Origin: a candidate division WOR-3 bacterium
GTDB taxonomy: Bacteria; Hydrothermota; Hydrothermia; LBFQ01
Assembly: GCA_027050205.1 (NCBI GenBank)
Contig: JALUCS010000047.1
Span: 1 to 15,528, forward strand
Direction: 5' to 3'
Length of the DNA stretch: 15,528 bases
The notes below the pieces were generated by a model. The model had not been told where the DNA came from, ran no database searches, and saw only the letters and a list, made by a program, of their open reading frames with translations. A program made the translations under genes and the position numbers. Of the stretch, positions 15,426 to 15,528 are shown piece after piece (the stretch's first letter is position 1; each line of letters begins with the position of its first letter).

Positions 15426-15528
15426 TATCTTCAGGGTAAGCTTATAGCAGCCCTCGTCGGGGAGCTTTACTCCAAGCTTGGGAGGAAATACGCCGTAGTA
15501 ACGAACGAATTGACACTTGTCCTCAAGA
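15246..15528 (+). CDS. Uma2 family putative endonuclease, copy 5 (truncated by window end; absent from the ORF track)
   Basis: Translates MGVALVEKPEVAKEKGRDERKEKLLKLLTYEVVDGKPIYYRGYKDVLEGKKQPEEVMGSSYLQGKLIAALVGELYSKLGRKYAVVTNELTLVLK and is open to the window edge. Confidence 0.85.
   Translation, partial: MGVALVEKPEVAKEKGRDERKEKLLKLLTYEVVDGKPIYYRGYKDVLEGKKQPEEVMGSSYLQGKLIAALVGELYSKLGRKYAVVTNELTLVLK

Noticed and set aside
12749..15528. Uma2 array as an integron, shufflon or DGR
   Set aside because: No integrase, invertase or reverse transcriptase in the window, no attC-like hairpins in the 13-nt gaps, all copies in one orientation, and differences are not adenine-specific.

Overview
Bacterial window, with all credible genes on the + strand. 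AGG-Arg and ATA-Ile codons, E/K/R-rich proteins and predicted beta-barrel proteins suggest a thermophilic diderm (inference). Order: AT-rich non-coding start; a Tyr-rich putative outer-membrane protein; an orphan mini CRISPR array (3 full 30-bp repeats, 1 truncated repeat, 2 spacers, minus strand, leader on the right, no cas genes); then gyrB, mraY, an RmlB-like dTDP-glucose 4,6-dehydratase with a ~47-aa insertion, a degenerate AAA_14/DUF4143-like protein, purM, a second beta-barrel-like protein, a PEGA-like membrane protein, pstB and a GT4 glycosyltransferase. The last 2.8 kb is the most interesting part: a head-to-tail array of at least five Uma2-family (DUF820, PD-(D/E)XK-fold) nuclease genes with 622-625 bp periodicity. 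Near-identical junction/N-terminal blocks alternate with variable, mosaic nuclease segments, which looks like a recombination-diversified nuclease cassette array. Window-wide signals: no TCGA (TaqI site) found in a by-eye scan, and TAnAAT (-10-like) boxes 8-11 nt before many start codons.
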